Assembly (NCBI GenBank): GCA_964016885.1
Contig: OZ024755.1
Coordinates: 1,240,001 to 1,304,000 of the forward strand
Reading direction: 5' to 3'
Length of the DNA: 64,000 nt
From: Eledone cirrhosa
Lineage: Eukaryota
How positions within the stretch are numbered: position 1 is the stretch's first letter; every line of letters starts with the position of its first letter. The position numbers and the translations under genes were made by a program. This document shows positions 62,103 through 64,000 of this stretch, in pieces. The notes beneath the pieces were generated by a model. The model was given only the letters and a program-made list of their open reading frames with translations. It was not told the origin of the DNA and ran no database searches.

Positions 62103-62213
62103 CTAATTAGGGACATGAAGCTGACTTTTGGCGTTGTAAGCAAAATACCAGACAAGAATGGCGACCACAGCAGCCACAAATTCACTCTGAATGTAGGCAC
62201 CTTTCCAAACACC
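62103..62213 (-). CDS. SSR4: TRAP-delta last coding exon with C-terminal TM helix, GVWKGAYIQSEFVAAVVAILVWYFAYNAKSQLHVPN*
   Basis: Poly-T tract plus cag acceptor, in frame with the upstream exons, hydrophobic segment followed by the AKS motif, TAG stop at 62103-62105. Confidence 0.97.
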   Translation of the reverse strand, partial: GVWKGAYIQSEFVAAVVAILVWYFAYNAKSQLHVPN

Positions 62214-62779
62214 CTGAAAAAAAAAAAGGTAAATATATATTATAGTAATTGTACAGCATTTTTTGTCACACAAACATTATAATTGGTCTTTAATGAACAA
62301 TTTATAGTAATTGTTTCATTAGTCTACCTCAGTGGTCCCCAACCTGTCCCACCACCTCAACATCTCAAAAATTATGACCTGGGACAGTTTCAGACGGGCT
62401 TTTTTAATATCAAAAAGGTTAAGAAATAAAAACTGGTATTTTTGTAATAGAAAACTTTTAGACAAATAAAACTATGGTAGAAGACACCAAATTCCCGCGT
62501 AAATATAACCAAGGGAAATAACTCATATATCAAGCGATAGATATTCTCATACTCGGGTCCCAAATAAGTGGGAGGAAGGACAGTAATTTATTTTAAAACC
62601 AGAATTAGTCGTTTAGTTTACATATTGAAACCCGAACCTATCTTATTTATTTCATAACATGTGGGATTTCTAGTAATGTAAAACTAGAATATCTGGTTTG
62701 GCCATGTAACAGATGGTGATATGGCCATCATCATTTTACATCCGCTTATCCCTGCTTGGATACCATACTTCCCCAACTA

Positions 62780-63066
62780 CATGGTCCTATAACTTCTGAG
62801 GGAGTTGTAAGGGCACATTATTAACATACAGCGCTTCTGGGGCATCTTTTAAAAACCTGGCAGAGCCCATCTCCTCTCCACGTCTGAATACAACAGACTT
62901 CTTCCAGAGAAGAATAGAGAGAGAGATATAGAGGAAGAATCAACCCCAGTACTAGACTGGTACTTTTTTATCAACTTCGAATAGATTAAAGTTGATCTCG
63001 GTGAGATTTGAACCCAGAGATCAGAAAGTGGAAATTAATAGCACAAATCTGCCAATTCACCACCTA
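62780..63066 (-). mobile_element. Alternative-tail Nin SINE in the last SSR4 intron
   Basis: tttaaaaacctggcagagcccatctcctctccacgtctgaatac plus a diverged Nin core and B box. Confidence 0.75.
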
Positions 63067-63104
63067 CTTCCTCATTAACTAATTATTCCATAAATCCTAC
63101 TTAC

Positions 63105-63170
63105 GCGATGGTCAATATCAATGGTGAAGATTGGTTTAATATTCTGGATATCTTCATTGTTTCTCTGAGC
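63105..63170 (-). CDS. SSR4: TRAP-delta internal exon, AQRNNEDIQNIKPIFTIDIDHR
   Basis: 66-nt exon with ctacag acceptor and gtaagt donor; AQRNNED...P.FT...DHR matches TRAP-delta. Confidence 0.97.
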
Positions 63171-63321
63171 CTGTAGAAAGTGAAATATCAGACAAGATTT
63201 ACTCAAAATAAACTGAAATTGTTAAGATTTTATCTACAACTCAGAGCTGATACTTTGAATATAATTAAATTTATGTCAGATAAGAAAAAAAATCCAGCAA
63301 ACAATAAATAAAAAGTTTTAC

Positions 63322-63411
63322 CTTTCTGAGAGCAGAATAACCTTCTTCGTCGTAGAATTTAGCTACATATGTCCCAGCTGGAAGCTGGCTATGACTGTCA
63401 CTAAATGTCAC
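63322..63411 (-). CDS. SSR4: TRAP-delta internal exon, VTFSDSHSQLPAGTYVAKFYDEEGYSALRK
   Basis: 90-nt exon with tttctag acceptor and gtaa donor; contains the AGTY.V.F.DEE.YS.LRK signature of TRAP-delta. Confidence 0.97.
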
Positions 63412-63759
63412 CTAGAAAGAGAGAATAAGGAATTAGTTTACTTTGGATTTTCTCTTAATGCCTCCAATACCAAAATACCTTAAACCCCCCAGGTTCTATG
63501 ATACAGAACTGTTTGTTTTAAAGTGTTTACATCTATCAATAACAAACCTTACTTCATAATTCTATGTAAGAACATTTGCTATGTTCCAAACACCAGTTTA
63601 ATAATGAGAAAATTATATTACTAAATCCCCAGAAATTTTTAATAATTTTCATTTTAACTCCGAGTCTGAGCCAGACTTCAGCCTTTTTTAGTCTTGCTGC
63701 TGTTAAAAGTTAAATATCACAACATAAACCCCACATTGAATGAATGCAATAATAACTAC

Positions 63760-63834
63760 CTGATATTGGTTAGCCAAAGTTGTCTTGGTAGCTGGAACTG
63801 GTTTACCATTTATGTCAGCATACAGGTTAATGTT
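63760..63834 (-). CDS. SSR4: Translocon-associated protein delta (TRAP-delta), internal exon, NINLYADINGKPVPATKTTLANQYQ
   Basis: 75-nt phase-0 exon bounded by ttttag/gtag on the minus strand. The peptide matches TRAP-delta as I recall it (human [25 protein letters not shown]). Upstream exons lie beyond the window. Confidence 0.96.
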
Positions 63835-64000
63835 CTAAAATAATAAAAACAACAAATAATTTTATTACATTATTTCAGTTTTAACAACAGTACTTGGAGT
63901 TCAAAGTGAGGATATATCAGATCTTAGTGAGAATAACAATTTCTAAATATGGCAAAAAAACACCCAGTCCATCCTGTAAAGTGGTCATGTTGGTGATACA

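Overview
AT-rich, repeat-dominated metazoan genomic DNA, most likely a cephalopod (Octopus-like); this is inferred from the tRNA-headed Nin-domain SINEs, RTE/CR1 fragments and multi-kb (TA)n/(TATG)n arrays. The only protein-coding gene I can support is the 3' part of SSR4 (TRAP-delta): four minus-strand exons at 62103-63834, with the gene continuing past the window end. Nearly all long ORFs in the supplied track are translations of microsatellites or minisatellites. The main hidden signal is a dense set (about 15 loci) of hammerhead-ribozyme (HHR) cores or half-cores, CUGANGA...GAAA(C)...NUH, often with palindromic helix III. They sit in short, sequence-diverse elements that are mostly embedded in (TA)n tracts, often form fold-back inverted repeats centred on the ribozyme, and in several cases share a GTATTGAGTAC-like tail motif. 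This matches Penelope-like element (PLE) pseudo-LTR remnants or retrozyme-like elements. Other observations are two independent satellites born from SINE 5' heads, a Nin-SINE with a swapped 3' tail, and a CRE-type endonuclease fragment. All structures were read by eye, so repeat boundaries are approximate.
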